A DNA stretch of 64,000 nt from a virus. Taxonomy: Duplodnaviria > Caudoviricetes. Below, piece after piece: positions 7,695 to 17,593 of this stretch. The stretch is taken from the IMG/VR virus record IMGVR_UViG_3300027969_000040; one strand, 5' to 3'. Positions within the stretch are counted from its first letter, which is position 1. Each line of letters starts with the position of its first letter. The notes beneath the pieces were generated by a model, which was not told the origin of the DNA, did not search any database, and saw nothing but the letters and a program-made list of their open reading frames with translations. A program made the translations under genes and the position numbers.

Positions 7695-9461
7695 CTATGA
7701 GTCTATATCAGTCCCATACGTGGTATAACCGTTGCTTTTGGTGACTCTTAATATATTTTCAACCCTGGCAACTAACTCATCTCGATGACTAACTAACCAA
7801 ACACTCTTCTTGCCATCCCTGCTGAGTTTTTTAAGTATAGCCAATGAACTTTCCATTCCGCTGGAATCTAAACCTGAGTCGACTAATTCGTCAACAAATA
7901 ACAAATTGACTTTCTGATATAGGCTTTCCCATACATCACGGAACGCCCAACTTAAACTTAATATAAGTCTATTGCGCTCACCTCGGCTGAGATTGTCAAA
8001 ATCTAAATCTCTACCTAGCTCTGTGATACTGACTGTGAGATCATTTTGAAACTCAACTTGATGCGGCAACCCAATCTTTTCTAAGTAGTAACTTAGTCTG
8101 GTATTTAAATAACTTAAATTTTGATCAATTATTTTTTTGCGAATAAAACTGTCTTTGCTGGTTAACAACTTGAGTAAGAATTCTTCATGATCCTTCATCT
8201 TAGTCAACTGGTTAATATTATCGTAGCTAACTTCTTCTAATGCAGTTTTTGTCATTTCTTCAATTTGATCATCGTATGGATCAATTTCAAGTTTTTTCTG
8301 TTCTATTTGCTGCAACAGATTTGCCAATGTAGCTCTATGCTCAACGGCGTCTGACTCGCGGTCGTAAAACACATTAGGATGTGTACCTAATGCACCCAAG
8401 TCGTTTAATTCCTGTGTATTTTCTATGTATTGAGTATTAGTAGCTAGCGACTGTAGTGCAGCCTCTTGCAATGCTTTCTTTTTGCTGTCTAACAATTTTA
8501 CTTGTTTATCATCGTGGAATGATTGCCCGCAACTATGACATGTATGATTTTCTAAACTGGCTATTTCAGTTTTAAGTTGATCAATAAGTTTAATTTCGCG
8601 AGTTTCATCTAGTTCACAGCGTTTAATTAAACTGTTAAGAGTTCTAATCTTTGTTGATTTTTCGTTGTAGGCTGTTAATGCACGATGTGCAGCTAGCTCT
8701 GCCTCAATGTCAATTTGATTCAATTGATCATATGCGCTTTGTAGTTGGTCGCAATCTGTATTGTATTTGTTAACCCAAAGAGTTTGTCTGCGTCGTAGGG
8801 CTTGAATTTGTTCTTCTATGCGTTTATTTGCATCAATGACAGCTCTAATGCGGAATTCGTCCTGCTGTATATCGTCTTTGGTCTGTTTAATTCTGTCTTT
8901 TAGTACCTCTGCTTTTTCACTTAGCAAAGTAATACCCATTAGCTGCTCAATGATTTCTCGTTGATCACTAGCCCTTAGACTTAAAAAAGGCTCTGTGTAG
9001 GTATTTAACGCAACAATATGTTTAAACATACTGTGACTCATGCACAATAGTCGTTCAATGTCTTGTTGTGTTTCTCTACTATCGCCTTGACTTTCGTCTA
9101 CAATCTGTTGCTCAACATCGGCAACATAAAATTTCATTACGTTAGGTTTACGTCCGCGTTCAATTCTATATTCAACGCCGTCTTTTTCAAAATCAATAGT
9201 AACCATCATGCCTTTGGCATTAGTTCTATTAATCAGATTGTCTTTTTTAATATTGGTTAGTGCATTGCCATACAAAGCATAGCTAACTATATTCAATAAT
9301 GCGCTTTTTCCAGTACCGTTGCGAGCACCGCTATCATCGCCGCCCAGGTCAAGGTTCTCACCGAGTATTAATGTTAGATCGTTGCGGTCTAAATTGACAC
9401 TCTGAGTTACATTGCCAATTGACAGAAAGTTTTTTGCTGTAACAGATTTTATTTTAAGCAT
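7695..9461 (-). CDS. T4 gp46 / SbcC / Rad50-like recombination ATPase
   Basis: Walker A NGTGKS, coiled coil with CHSC zinc hook, signature LSRGE, Walker B LLFVDE, VSH. Confidence 0.95.
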   Translation of the reverse strand: MLKIKSVTAKNFLSIGNVTQSVNLDRNDLTLILGENLDLGGDDSGARNGTGKSALLNIVSYALYGNALTNIKKDNLINRTNAKGMMVTIDFEKDGVEYRIERGRKPNVMKFYVADVEQQIVDESQGDSRETQQDIERLLCMSHSMFKHIVALNTYTEPFLSLRASDQREIIEQLMGITLLSEKAEVLKDRIKQTKDDIQQDEFRIRAVIDANKRIEEQIQALRRRQTLWVNKYNTDCDQLQSAYDQLNQIDIEAELAAHRALTAYNEKSTKIRTLNSLIKRCELDETREIKLIDQLKTEIASLENHTCHSCGQSFHDDKQVKLLDSKKKALQEAALQSLATNTQYIENTQELNDLGALGTHPNVFYDRESDAVEHRATLANLLQQIEQKKLEIDPYDDQIEEMTKTALEEVSYDNINQLTKMKDHEEFLLKLLTSKDSFIRKKIIDQNLSYLNTRLSYYLEKIGLPHQVEFQNDLTVSITELGRDLDFDNLSRGERNRLILSLSWAFRDVWESLYQKVNLLFVDELVDSGLDSSGMESSLAILKKLSRDGKKSVWLVSHRDELVARVENILRVTKSNGYTTYGTDIDS

Positions 9462-10477
9462 TAGAGAGTTCGATAGATTTCAAGCAACAAGTTAGTATTA
9501 TAGTTTTCGCTAGTAATGCCTGTCAATTGATTAGAAACAATTTGATCAACACTTTGAAAGGATATGTTGCCTTGTGCAACCATACCTTCAAGATCCACAT
9601 TTGATTGTGGAATTAATTTAATCTCTCTAAGATGATGGCTATTAATAAACGTTTCTTTAATAAAACTAGCTTCTTCGTAGCTAATGTCAATATCTAAGTT
9701 GACCCTAGCATGCATATTCTTACGTAACAACCTATCGGGGTCATTTAAGATACTGCTTAGATTGTATACTCTATAAACAGGTTGATCGGGCCATGCATGA
9801 TACACAGGCTCTTGCCCCCATTCAAGTATCATCAGTCCTCGATCGTCGTCACTTGCATCAGCATAGTTATGCGGAAAACAATTGCCAATGTAAGTAATAT
9901 TCTTTTTAGTTTGACGTTTATGAAAATGCCCAGTAAACACATGATCAAAGTGATTAAAGTCTTCTCTATGCACAGTGCCGTGATCGGGCATTTCTACCAT
10001 AGCATTCATTAAGTAACCTGGCAGTTCAAAATGTCCAAACATATACCTGGCTGATAGCTTAGGTATACGTTTATGATCGTCGGCAACAAGCCAAGGAGCA
10101 ATAACTACATCGCCCTCAATGAGCCAATCGTTGCAAATGACTACATTAGATAAATGTTTAGCCCATTCGACACTTTGTACATCGCGCTTGTCTCGATAAT
10201 ACAAATCGTGATTGCCAGGTATAAAAAACACCCTATCAAAATTTGCATTTAAATGTTCTAATGCTTGTAGGCTATAATTAAGAGTAACAATATTAATGCT
10301 AGCTCTATTATTGTGCCAATCGCCAAGAAACATGGCTGTTTCGCAACCTTCTTCTTTGGCTTTGGCAGTGGCCCACTTTACAAAATTTAAACAGTCATCA
10401 TTGTGTTGGCTGCTGTTCGATTTTAATCCAAAATGGATATCAGTAAAGACAGCGGCTTTTTTAAAAAGATTACTCAT
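9461..10477 (-). CDS. T4 gp47 / SbcD / Mre11-like nuclease
   Basis: Metallophosphoesterase motifs DIH, GD, GNHD, GHF, GHFH; adjacent to gp46. Confidence 0.95.
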   Translation of the reverse strand: MSNLFKKAAVFTDIHFGLKSNSSQHNDDCLNFVKWATAKAKEEGCETAMFLGDWHNNRASINIVTLNYSLQALEHLNANFDRVFFIPGNHDLYYRDKRDVQSVEWAKHLSNVVICNDWLIEGDVVIAPWLVADDHKRIPKLSARYMFGHFELPGYLMNAMVEMPDHGTVHREDFNHFDHVFTGHFHKRQTKKNITYIGNCFPHNYADASDDDRGLMILEWGQEPVYHAWPDQPVYRVYNLSSILNDPDRLLRKNMHARVNLDIDISYEEASFIKETFINSHHLREIKLIPQSNVDLEGMVAQGNISFQSVDQIVSNQLTGITSENYNTNLLLEIYRTL

Positions 10478-10524
10478 TCATCTATTATAACATTTATATT
10501 GTTGATATGTAAAGCAAACCGGCA

Positions 10525-11406
10525 TTAATCGTGATCACCGTCACTACCACCCGAATATCCAGACGACATACCTTGTCTGGTATAACTTGGATTAAAGTTA
10601 TTCATTTCTAAAATATCGTCGCGTAAGTTCTGATTGCGTTTTTCAATATTCAAGACACGAGTAAAGCTATTAGTGATAGCGGCAGTATAATACGCAAAAG
10701 GGTTCTGCGATTTTGACTCGTCAAATTGGAGTCCAATTTGGCTGAGTTGTAGTAAGGCTTGGCTTCGCATTTCGTCATTGTAGGTGTATCCTCTCCAGTT
10801 TGATCTTGTTGCATATCTTTCGCATAATTTCATAAACATCAGGGCTAGTTTTTTAGTCATAGACCCATGGTCTCTTGACCATTCTCCGTCATCTATATTG
10901 CCCTTCCAGTGGCTTTTGCCTACGCAATAGCTAGCACCGTTTACATCAATTTTATAATGTTGGAACGGAGGAAAATTGCATTTAGTGTATTTAATTATTG
11001 CAGCTGGTACTTTATAGTCGGCGTCGTCATCGTATTCGGTATGAGCAGCGGCTTCTTCGTCTGCCGCGTCTTGACTCTTTTTAGTAGCAGCTTCGTTTAT
11101 TGGCACATGGGCCCAAGTCATTACTCGGAAAATTATATCTGTGGTAGGTATTTCTTCTGTTGGGAGTAAAAACTCATCTAGTTTGCGTTTTTCACCAAGA
11201 GCAGCAGCGGCTTCGAGTTGAAGTTTTGCTAAACGTTCTGCTCGAGTTTCCTGTGCTTGACGAATATTGTCCGATGTAATTTCTGACATATCGTGGATGA
11301 TCATATCATAATCGGCATAGTCTGGCGATATAAAAGTACAGTAAGTACTCTTGCTACGGTGTATCTCTTTCAAGATATCTTTATTATTTAGGTAATTATG
11401 TTTAAT
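10525..11406 (-). CDS. T4 gp55-like late-transcription sigma factor (probable ATT start at 11406; ORF track uses TTG at 11424)
   Basis: NYLNNKDILKEIH...RGYTYNDEMRSQALLQL...FDESKSQNPFAYYTAAITNSFTRVLNIEKRNQNLRDDILE matches gp55 motifs. Confidence 0.88.
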   Translation of the reverse strand: MKHNYLNNKDILKEIHRSKSTYCTFISPDYADYDMIIHDMSEITSDNIRQAQETRAERLAKLQLEAAAALGEKRKLDEFLLPTEEIPTTDIIFRVMTWAHVPINEAATKKSQDAADEEAAAHTEYDDDADYKVPAAIIKYTKCNFPPFQHYKIDVNGASYCVGKSHWKGNIDDGEWSRDHGSMTKKLALMFMKLCERYATRSNWRGYTYNDEMRSQALLQLSQIGLQFDESKSQNPFAYYTAAITNSFTRVLNIEKRNQNLRDDILEMNNFNPSYTRQGMSSGYSGGSDGDHD

Positions 11407-11441
11407 TTTTATTCTCCTTAGCAAATTACTGCATTATTTTT

Positions 11442-11470
11442 AGTTTAGCATATAAATCAATGTATTGCAA
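11442..11470 (-). promoter_or_regulatory. sigma70-type promoter for the gp55-like gene
   Basis: TTGCAA - 17 nt - TAAACT. Confidence 0.55.
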
Positions 11471-11504
11471 CCATTTAACTATAAACATAGCATATATTAA
11501 CTCA

Positions 11505-11512
11505 TATAAATA
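11505..11512 (+). promoter_or_regulatory. T4 late promoter TATAAATA at the head of the baseplate operon
   Basis: Exact consensus 21 nt upstream of the ATG at 11533. Confidence 0.75.
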
Positions 11513-11532
11513 TAGTTAAGAAGGTTATAGCT

Positions 11533-12438
11533 ATGCCATTTAATACACCAGAATTCTCTACAAGTGCCATGTCGGGTCCTCCCAACCTATACCAATCTCT
11601 ATCTGGAGTTTCCAATCCAGTTAGTAATTTAACTACATTATCAGATCCATCTGCTAGTAGATTGTCTTCGGCAGGATTATCAAAAGGTGCATATTTGCCA
11701 GATGCAGACGAAGTGGATCCTTCTAACATAGATTACGAACAATCGGACGATACAAGCATGTGGGGCGGCGAAGCCAGAGGACTCGACGGCGACAGTTCAG
11801 CTCCGGACTCTGATATTGCTGCAATGCAAACATCGCAAATTGCAGCATTTTCGGGATCGTCTGGCAGCGACTGGCGGCTAAAAGTTACATGCAGAGAAAT
11901 CTCAAACTTTTCTGGGTTATTAGGACCATTAGGAAGAACAGGTGGTGTCATATTTCCACATACTCCTACTGTTACTGTTGGGTATCAAGCAAACTATTCA
12001 GCACAAAGATATACACATAGCAATTATCCAATGTATACATATGAAAACAGTGAAGTCCAACCTATACAAATATCCGGAGAGTTTACTGCACAAAACAGGT
12101 CAGAAGCAGCTTATGTATTAGCTTGTATTTATTTCTTTAGGGCAACTACCAAAATGTTTTTTGGGTCGTCAAGGAATGCAGGTGCTCCACCGCCGATTGT
12201 TAGGCTTACCGGATACGGAGATCAATATTTTCCATCTGGCGGCGTTCCTTGTGTGGTAACATCGTTTAATCATGTTATGCCGCCCGAGGTTGATTATATC
12301 AGTGCGGGGCAAACTCGAATACCAACAATTAGCACTATAACAGTGAATTTACAACCACTTTACAGTAAGTCGACATTAACAAGATTTGATTTAAGTAAAT
12401 TTGCCACTGGCGGACAACTAGGAGAAGGATTAATATAA
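11533..12438 (+). CDS. Baseplate / tail-tube initiator (gp48/gp54-like)
   Basis: DWRLK...GVIFPHTP...HSNYP...ISGEFTAQ...PPPIVRLTGYG...VPCVVTSF...PT.STITVNLQP motifs; first gene of the baseplate operon. Confidence 0.65.
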   Translation: MPFNTPEFSTSAMSGPPNLYQSLSGVSNPVSNLTTLSDPSASRLSSAGLSKGAYLPDADEVDPSNIDYEQSDDTSMWGGEARGLDGDSSAPDSDIAAMQTSQIAAFSGSSGSDWRLKVTCREISNFSGLLGPLGRTGGVIFPHTPTVTVGYQANYSAQRYTHSNYPMYTYENSEVQPIQISGEFTAQNRSEAAYVLACIYFFRATTKMFFGSSRNAGAPPPIVRLTGYGDQYFPSGGVPCVVTSFNHVMPPEVDYISAGQTRIPTISTITVNLQPLYSKSTLTRFDLSKFATGGQLGEGLI

Positions 12439-12740
12439 TGGCTGCAAAATATTCAAGAACTAGTCCGTACTATACAACGTCGGTTACTGGCAATTTTTTA
12501 GATGTATTAACATATCGCCCTATTCCTAAAAATCCAATGGATATTAAATATACAATTGATTATGTTTACGAATTTAGACCCGATATGTTAGCGTCTGATT
12601 TATATGATACGTCAGGGCTGTGGTGGGTGTTTGCAGTAAGAAATCCGAATGTTATTGCAGATCCTATATTTGATTTTTATGCTGGTCAAATAATTTATCT
12701 CCCTAGTAAAAATGCACTAATTTCATCGTTGGGAATGTAA
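12438..12740 (+). CDS. Baseplate wedge protein gp53-like (LysM-like fold)
   Basis: YEFRPDMLASDLYDTSGLWWVFAVRNP...G..IYLP. Confidence 0.8.
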   Translation: MAAKYSRTSPYYTTSVTGNFLDVLTYRPIPKNPMDIKYTIDYVYEFRPDMLASDLYDTSGLWWVFAVRNPNVIADPIFDFYAGQIIYLPSKNALISSLGM

Positions 12741-12741
12741 T

Positions 12742-15009
12742 ATGGCTGACAACGGTGCGTATGCACGATATCTTGAAACTCAAAGGAAACAAGCTATTGT
12801 AGACAATAAGTCTAAGTTTAAAGCCTTATCCAAAGCAGAAGATGAAAAAGTAAAACAACGCGGTACAAGCTACGGCGATCTGAGCACCGGTACTCAAGTA
12901 AACAATAGAGCCAATGGTAGGGTGCTTAGGCAAGGTGCATCACCTACAGTAGGAACATCGGGTAAAGTATCTGACCCCTATGCTGCTAATAGGAAAAATG
13001 CAGGCAGAAGTGGATACGACGAAGCCGGTGACCCAATTGATCCTTATGCTGCTAATAGGAAAAATGCAGGTAAAAGTGGGTACGACGAAGCCGGTGACCC
13101 AATTGATCCATATGCAAAAGAGCGCGCCAATGCTGGCAAAACCGGTTACGACGAAGCCGGTACAAAAATTAATAGTGACGGCACTCCTGGTGGATCCCAG
13201 AAAGTAGACGCCGATGGAGAATCTAGTTCAAGTGATTCGGGCGGTAGCCCAAGCGGAAATCCACTAGATGAATATGCTAACTATACATATGGTTTAAGTT
13301 TGCATGTGATTAAACCAGAAGAATATGAAGAATTAAAACCGGGGTACGATCCTGACGGAAAAGTTTTAATTGCCAGTGGCGGTCGCCAAGGCAGTGGATT
13401 TAGTCGTGTTGCAGGATTTGAGTCTGATTTCTATTTTGATAATTTTAGAATGACTACCATAATAGGAATGAATCAACGTACTCGCGGCAGTAATGTAATA
13501 GATATGCAATTTACAGTTTTAGAACCGTTTGGTATGACATTACTAGATAAGATACTCACCGTAGCAGATACCATTGGCGCAAAAAATTGGAATGAAATGC
13601 CATTTGTGATGCAAATTGATTTCTTTGCTAATACCACCGACGACAAGTCTGTATTAATATCGGGACATACAAAATACATTCCTATTAAATTAATTGAGTG
13701 TAAGATATCGGCAACATCTAATGGGGCAAGCTATCAGTTCCATGGTATTCCTTATAATCATGCTGCGTTTCAAACAAACTCTGTTTCAACACCAGCTTTC
13801 AATGAAGTAACTGCTAAAACTGTTAAAGAATTTTTTAGTAGTGAAAGTAAAGACAAAGGTAGTTATGCACTAGCGTTAAATAGTTATCAAAAAAAATTGG
13901 CAGCAGATGAGGCCAAATATCAAGAATTCCCTGACATATATGAGTTTAAATTTGATTCGGCAATAGGTGATGCTATAATTGTTTACGAAAAAAGAAATAA
14001 TGTAAGATCTACACCAATGGCAAATAAATCAAATCCGTCGGCTACTGACAAAGATGGAAAACGTGCCGCAGATGGTGGGTCTGCCGCGCAAGTAGATTTA
14101 GAATATCAAGCGATACCTATTAATGCAGGAACTTCTATTATTGATGTAATTAGTCAAGTTATAAGAAATAGCAGTTATATGGCAGAACAAGTTGGTAAAA
14201 GCGGTGACGACGTTATAAAATCTTGGAGAGTTATTCCTGAAATTAAAATATTAAAATTTGATAATTTTAGAAAAATTTATCAAAAAAAGTTTATATATCA
14301 TGTTAAAAAAGCCAATTATCATAATACAAAATATCCTGACGCTCCAATGAAGATGCCAACAAAAATTTCTAGAATATATAATTATTTGTACACTGGACAG
14401 AATCAAGACATATTGGATTTTAATATAGATTTTAATGTTGTTTTTTATACAGCAATGACTGCAAATAGAGATAAATTGAAAAAAGTTGAAATTGATAAAA
14501 CTCCTAAAAAACAAGAAGAAGATAAAGGAAATACTCCGTCCCCTGGCTCCAATAAATTAGATCCAAAACATGTAAAAACTGTTGCTACACAAGCCGATGT
14601 ATCAACTTCCTCCCAAGGCGCAAACGATACAAAAAATGTTGCATCAAATGATTTGGTTAGATCAATGTTTACCGATTCGCGTGGAGATATGATTAATATT
14701 AATTTAAAAATAGCAGGGGATCCTGCATATATCAAACAAGATGATATATTTTTTAAACCCGAGGACAGCAAAGATTCTGCAGGAACTCTTGATAAACACG
14801 GTAGTTTCTCTATGGATGGCGGAGAGTTATTTGTTGAAATTAACTTCAGAACTCCGACAGACATAAATCCAAGTTCTGATACGTATGATTTTAGCAATAG
14901 TGAAAAAACAGCGTTTAGTGGCACATATAGAGTAATGACAGTAGACAATGTTCTTGAAAGAGGTCAGTTTACTCAAACATTATCTTTAATTAAAGTTTTC
15001 CCAGCATAA
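12742..15009 (+). CDS. Baseplate hub protein (gp27-like) with repetitive N-terminus
   Basis: NPLDEYANYTY...DFYFDN...F.VLEPFG; I.GDP.YI and FSG.YRV..V...L..GQFTQ.L C-terminal motifs; lies between the gp53- and gp5-like genes. Confidence 0.65.
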   Translation: MADNGAYARYLETQRKQAIVDNKSKFKALSKAEDEKVKQRGTSYGDLSTGTQVNNRANGRVLRQGASPTVGTSGKVSDPYAANRKNAGRSGYDEAGDPIDPYAANRKNAGKSGYDEAGDPIDPYAKERANAGKTGYDEAGTKINSDGTPGGSQKVDADGESSSSDSGGSPSGNPLDEYANYTYGLSLHVIKPEEYEELKPGYDPDGKVLIASGGRQGSGFSRVAGFESDFYFDNFRMTTIIGMNQRTRGSNVIDMQFTVLEPFGMTLLDKILTVADTIGAKNWNEMPFVMQIDFFANTTDDKSVLISGHTKYIPIKLIECKISATSNGASYQFHGIPYNHAAFQTNSVSTPAFNEVTAKTVKEFFSSESKDKGSYALALNSYQKKLAADEAKYQEFPDIYEFKFDSAIGDAIIVYEKRNNVRSTPMANKSNPSATDKDGKRAADGGSAAQVDLEYQAIPINAGTSIIDVISQVIRNSSYMAEQVGKSGDDVIKSWRVIPEIKILKFDNFRKIYQKKFIYHVKKANYHNTKYPDAPMKMPTKISRIYNYLYTGQNQDILDFNIDFNVVFYTAMTANRDKLKKVEIDKTPKKQEEDKGNTPSPGSNKLDPKHVKTVATQADVSTSSQGANDTKNVASNDLVRSMFTDSRGDMININLKIAGDPAYIKQDDIFFKPEDSKDSAGTLDKHGSFSMDGGELFVEINFRTPTDINPSSDTYDFSNSEKTAFSGTYRVMTVDNVLERGQFTQTLSLIKVFPA
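12973..13161 (+). repeat. 3 x 66-bp (22-aa) tandem repeat DPYAANRKNAGRSGYDEAGDPI
   Basis: Units start at 12973, 13039 and 13105; the first two are near-identical at DNA level. Confidence 0.95.
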
Positions 15010-15021
15010 GAGTAAACAAAC

Positions 15022-17163
15022 ATGTCTAAAACCGATAGAAGAATAGGAAAAAAAGTACCCGACTATATACGTAGGGAAGATGCGCCGGGCGTACGATTTG
15101 ATTCGGGTCCATATATAGGAAAAATAAAAAACAATTACGATACAATACGTCAAGGCCGATTGCAAGTATGGATTCCTGATTTAGGTGCCGGTGACGAAAA
15201 CGATGTTTCTAATTGGCGAACTGTTAGCTATGCAAGCCCTTTCTTTGGTTCTACATCTCAAGAACCCGACAATAAGAAAAATACATTCAAAGATGTCAGA
15301 CACACTTACGGATTTTGGTTTACACCGCCAGATGTAGATAATTTTGTCATGTGTACTTTTATTGCCGGAGATCCACAACGTGGATTTTGGTTTGCATGTA
15401 TACCTTCGCAATTGGGACAACATATGGTTCCTGGCATTTCGGGTTCAAATACCTACGACACAGAAGGAATTAATAGCGGCGCCGTTAAAAAAATGAAAAA
15501 GCCAACGGTTTTGCCAACGGTAGATTTTAACGAAAACAAAGAACAAGATTGGTCGGACTTTACTAATATAAAGAAACCGTTACATGAACCGCAAATTGAA
15601 ATTTTATTAACACAAGGACTCGATAGAGATCTTGAACGCGGAGTCATGAGCAGTAGTAGCCAGCGTGAAAGTCCTAGTAGAGTGTTTGGAATTAGCACCC
15701 CGGGACAACCGTTTCCGGGCGCTAGTAAAGACGAATTTGTTTATACACGTAACGGTGGGCATACGTTTGTAATGGACGACGGCGATTTTTCAGACAAGAA
15801 TAGAATATTCAGATTACGCTCGTCGGGTGGTCATCAAATTATAATGAATGACTCTCAGGATATATTTTACATTGGTAATAGTAAAGGCACGGCGTGGGTT
15901 GAATTAACCGAAAAAGGCGATGTTAATATTTTCAGTGATAAAGATATAAATTTTAGGGCAAAAGGCGATTTCAATTTCCACGCTGACAAAGATTTTAAAA
16001 TAAATGTGGGTGGTAAATTTAGTTTATTTGCTAAAACATCTATTCAATCAGAATCCGAATTAATAACATCAACTTCTAGTGCTAAGACTACTATATTTGG
16101 CAATGGGGTTGAAATTGGAAGCGAGTCTACAATTGACATAAATCCATCTGGAGCGGGTAGCTTCAAATGTGGTCCTACTTTAACAATGTCGGCCGGTTTA
16201 ATAAAATTAAACTCTGGCGAAGGACCAACAGTCTCAAAGCCGACTAAAATAACTGTTAACAATGTAAACGAAGCCGAACTTGACGGCAGCGGACAATGGC
16301 AAACAAAAGCCTCAGCATTAAAAAGTATAGCAAGTGTTGTACCGACACACGAACCATGGCCTCGCAAAGGTGGAAAACCAAGCCCGGCAGCTAGCGGAGC
16401 AAGAAGTGCAGCAGGCCGCGGCAGTAGTAGCAGTAGCAGTGGCAGCAGTAGTAGCGGCGGTAGTGGCAGCGACAGTTCAAAACTAAGCACAGGCAAGGGC
16501 GGCGCTAAAACAGATAGTAAAGGAAACCCGGTCGTTAGCGGACAATCTGGTAGTGGATCCGGACCATCTTCTGCTGCATCACAAGGACTTAAAAATCCAG
16601 TACCAACTTCTTCTATGTATAGTAAAGATAACCCAACTCCTAATAAAGGGGTAGGTCCTCTAGATCCTATAGATAAAAAAGCACTAAAAACACAAATAGC
16701 ACATAACGAAAGTGGTGGCAGGTATGATGCAGTAGAAGCTAATAGAGGAAATTATTTAGGAAAATATCAAATTGGTGCAGGTGCATTAAGGGATGAAGGA
16801 TATATTAAACCTGATGCATACGCTAAATATGGAACAAAAGCCGTTAATTATCCTTCAAGTTGGACCGGAAAAGGCGGTGTAAACTCTAAAGAGGACTTTT
16901 TACGTAATCACGATGCACAGGAGAAATCAATGGATGGTCTACTAGATAAAAATTATGCTAGTTTACGAAACACCGGAGGCGTTCAACCGGGCGACAGTAA
17001 AGAACATGTATCTGGCATGTTAGCAACAAGTCACCTACTAGGAGCCGGCGATGCAACAAAATGGAAGAATACTGGAGGCGGCGCAGATGCTAACGGAACC
17101 ACTGGGACTTCTTATTATAACATGGGTCGATATGCATCCAACGTGCTGGCCAAGAAAACTTAA
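15022..17163 (+). CDS. Baseplate central spike gp5/VgrG-like with C-terminal lysozyme-like domain
   Basis: OB-fold GPYIGKIK...GRLQVWIP, GHTFVMDDG, GGHQIIMND beta-repeat region and HEPW; Ser/Gly linker; then IAHNESGG...GKYQIG...SHLLGAG. Confidence 0.85.
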   Translation: MSKTDRRIGKKVPDYIRREDAPGVRFDSGPYIGKIKNNYDTIRQGRLQVWIPDLGAGDENDVSNWRTVSYASPFFGSTSQEPDNKKNTFKDVRHTYGFWFTPPDVDNFVMCTFIAGDPQRGFWFACIPSQLGQHMVPGISGSNTYDTEGINSGAVKKMKKPTVLPTVDFNENKEQDWSDFTNIKKPLHEPQIEILLTQGLDRDLERGVMSSSSQRESPSRVFGISTPGQPFPGASKDEFVYTRNGGHTFVMDDGDFSDKNRIFRLRSSGGHQIIMNDSQDIFYIGNSKGTAWVELTEKGDVNIFSDKDINFRAKGDFNFHADKDFKINVGGKFSLFAKTSIQSESELITSTSSAKTTIFGNGVEIGSESTIDINPSGAGSFKCGPTLTMSAGLIKLNSGEGPTVSKPTKITVNNVNEAELDGSGQWQTKASALKSIASVVPTHEPWPRKGGKPSPAASGARSAAGRGSSSSSSGSSSSGGSGSDSSKLSTGKGGAKTDSKGNPVVSGQSGSGSGPSSAASQGLKNPVPTSSMYSKDNPTPNKGVGPLDPIDKKALKTQIAHNESGGRYDAVEANRGNYLGKYQIGAGALRDEGYIKPDAYAKYGTKAVNYPSSWTGKGGVNSKEDFLRNHDAQEKSMDGLLDKNYASLRNTGGVQPGDSKEHVSGMLATSHLLGAGDATKWKNTGGGADANGTTGTSYYNMGRYASNVLAKKT

Positions 17164-17171
17164 ATACTATT

Positions 17172-17546
17172 ATGACTACATATAAAGGATTTAGTACCTA
17201 CAACAGAATGCGTAAATTTACGCTAGTTGACTTTGACTTAATTAAGCAAGATTTATTCAATCACTTTTCAATTCGTAAAGGCGAAAAGTTAATGAATCCC
17301 AAATTTGGAACAATTATTTGGGGACTTTTATTTGAACCGATGTCCCCAGACATCAAAGATTTAGTATCTCGGGACGTCAAGGAAATTATTGACTATGATC
17401 CCAGGATTTCAGCCGACAGAATATCAGTAACTGAGTTTGAACATGGTTTACAGATCAACCTAAATCTCCGTTATGTACTAACAAATCAAACCGGAACAAT
17501 GGCGTTAAAATTTAGTAGAGCGTCAAATCAATTAACTTATAGTTAA
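17172..17546 (+). CDS. Baseplate wedge gp25-like
   Basis: LIKQDLFNHFSIRKGEKLMNPKFGTIIW...IDYDPRI. Confidence 0.9.
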   Translation: MTTYKGFSTYNRMRKFTLVDFDLIKQDLFNHFSIRKGEKLMNPKFGTIIWGLLFEPMSPDIKDLVSRDVKEIIDYDPRISADRISVTEFEHGLQINLNLRYVLTNQTGTMALKFSRASNQLTYS

Positions 17547-17593
17547 CAACCCACTTTTATTACATAATAAATATATGAACAGAGTCTTATAAC

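Noticed and set aside
12973-13161. 66-bp repeats as a mini-CRISPR
   Set aside because: Contiguous tandem repeats without spacers, in frame within a CDS.
14445-14948. 167-aa minus-strand ORF and other short antisense ORFs within the baseplate/fibre operon
   Set aside because: Fully nested opposite well-supported structural genes; no independent signals.
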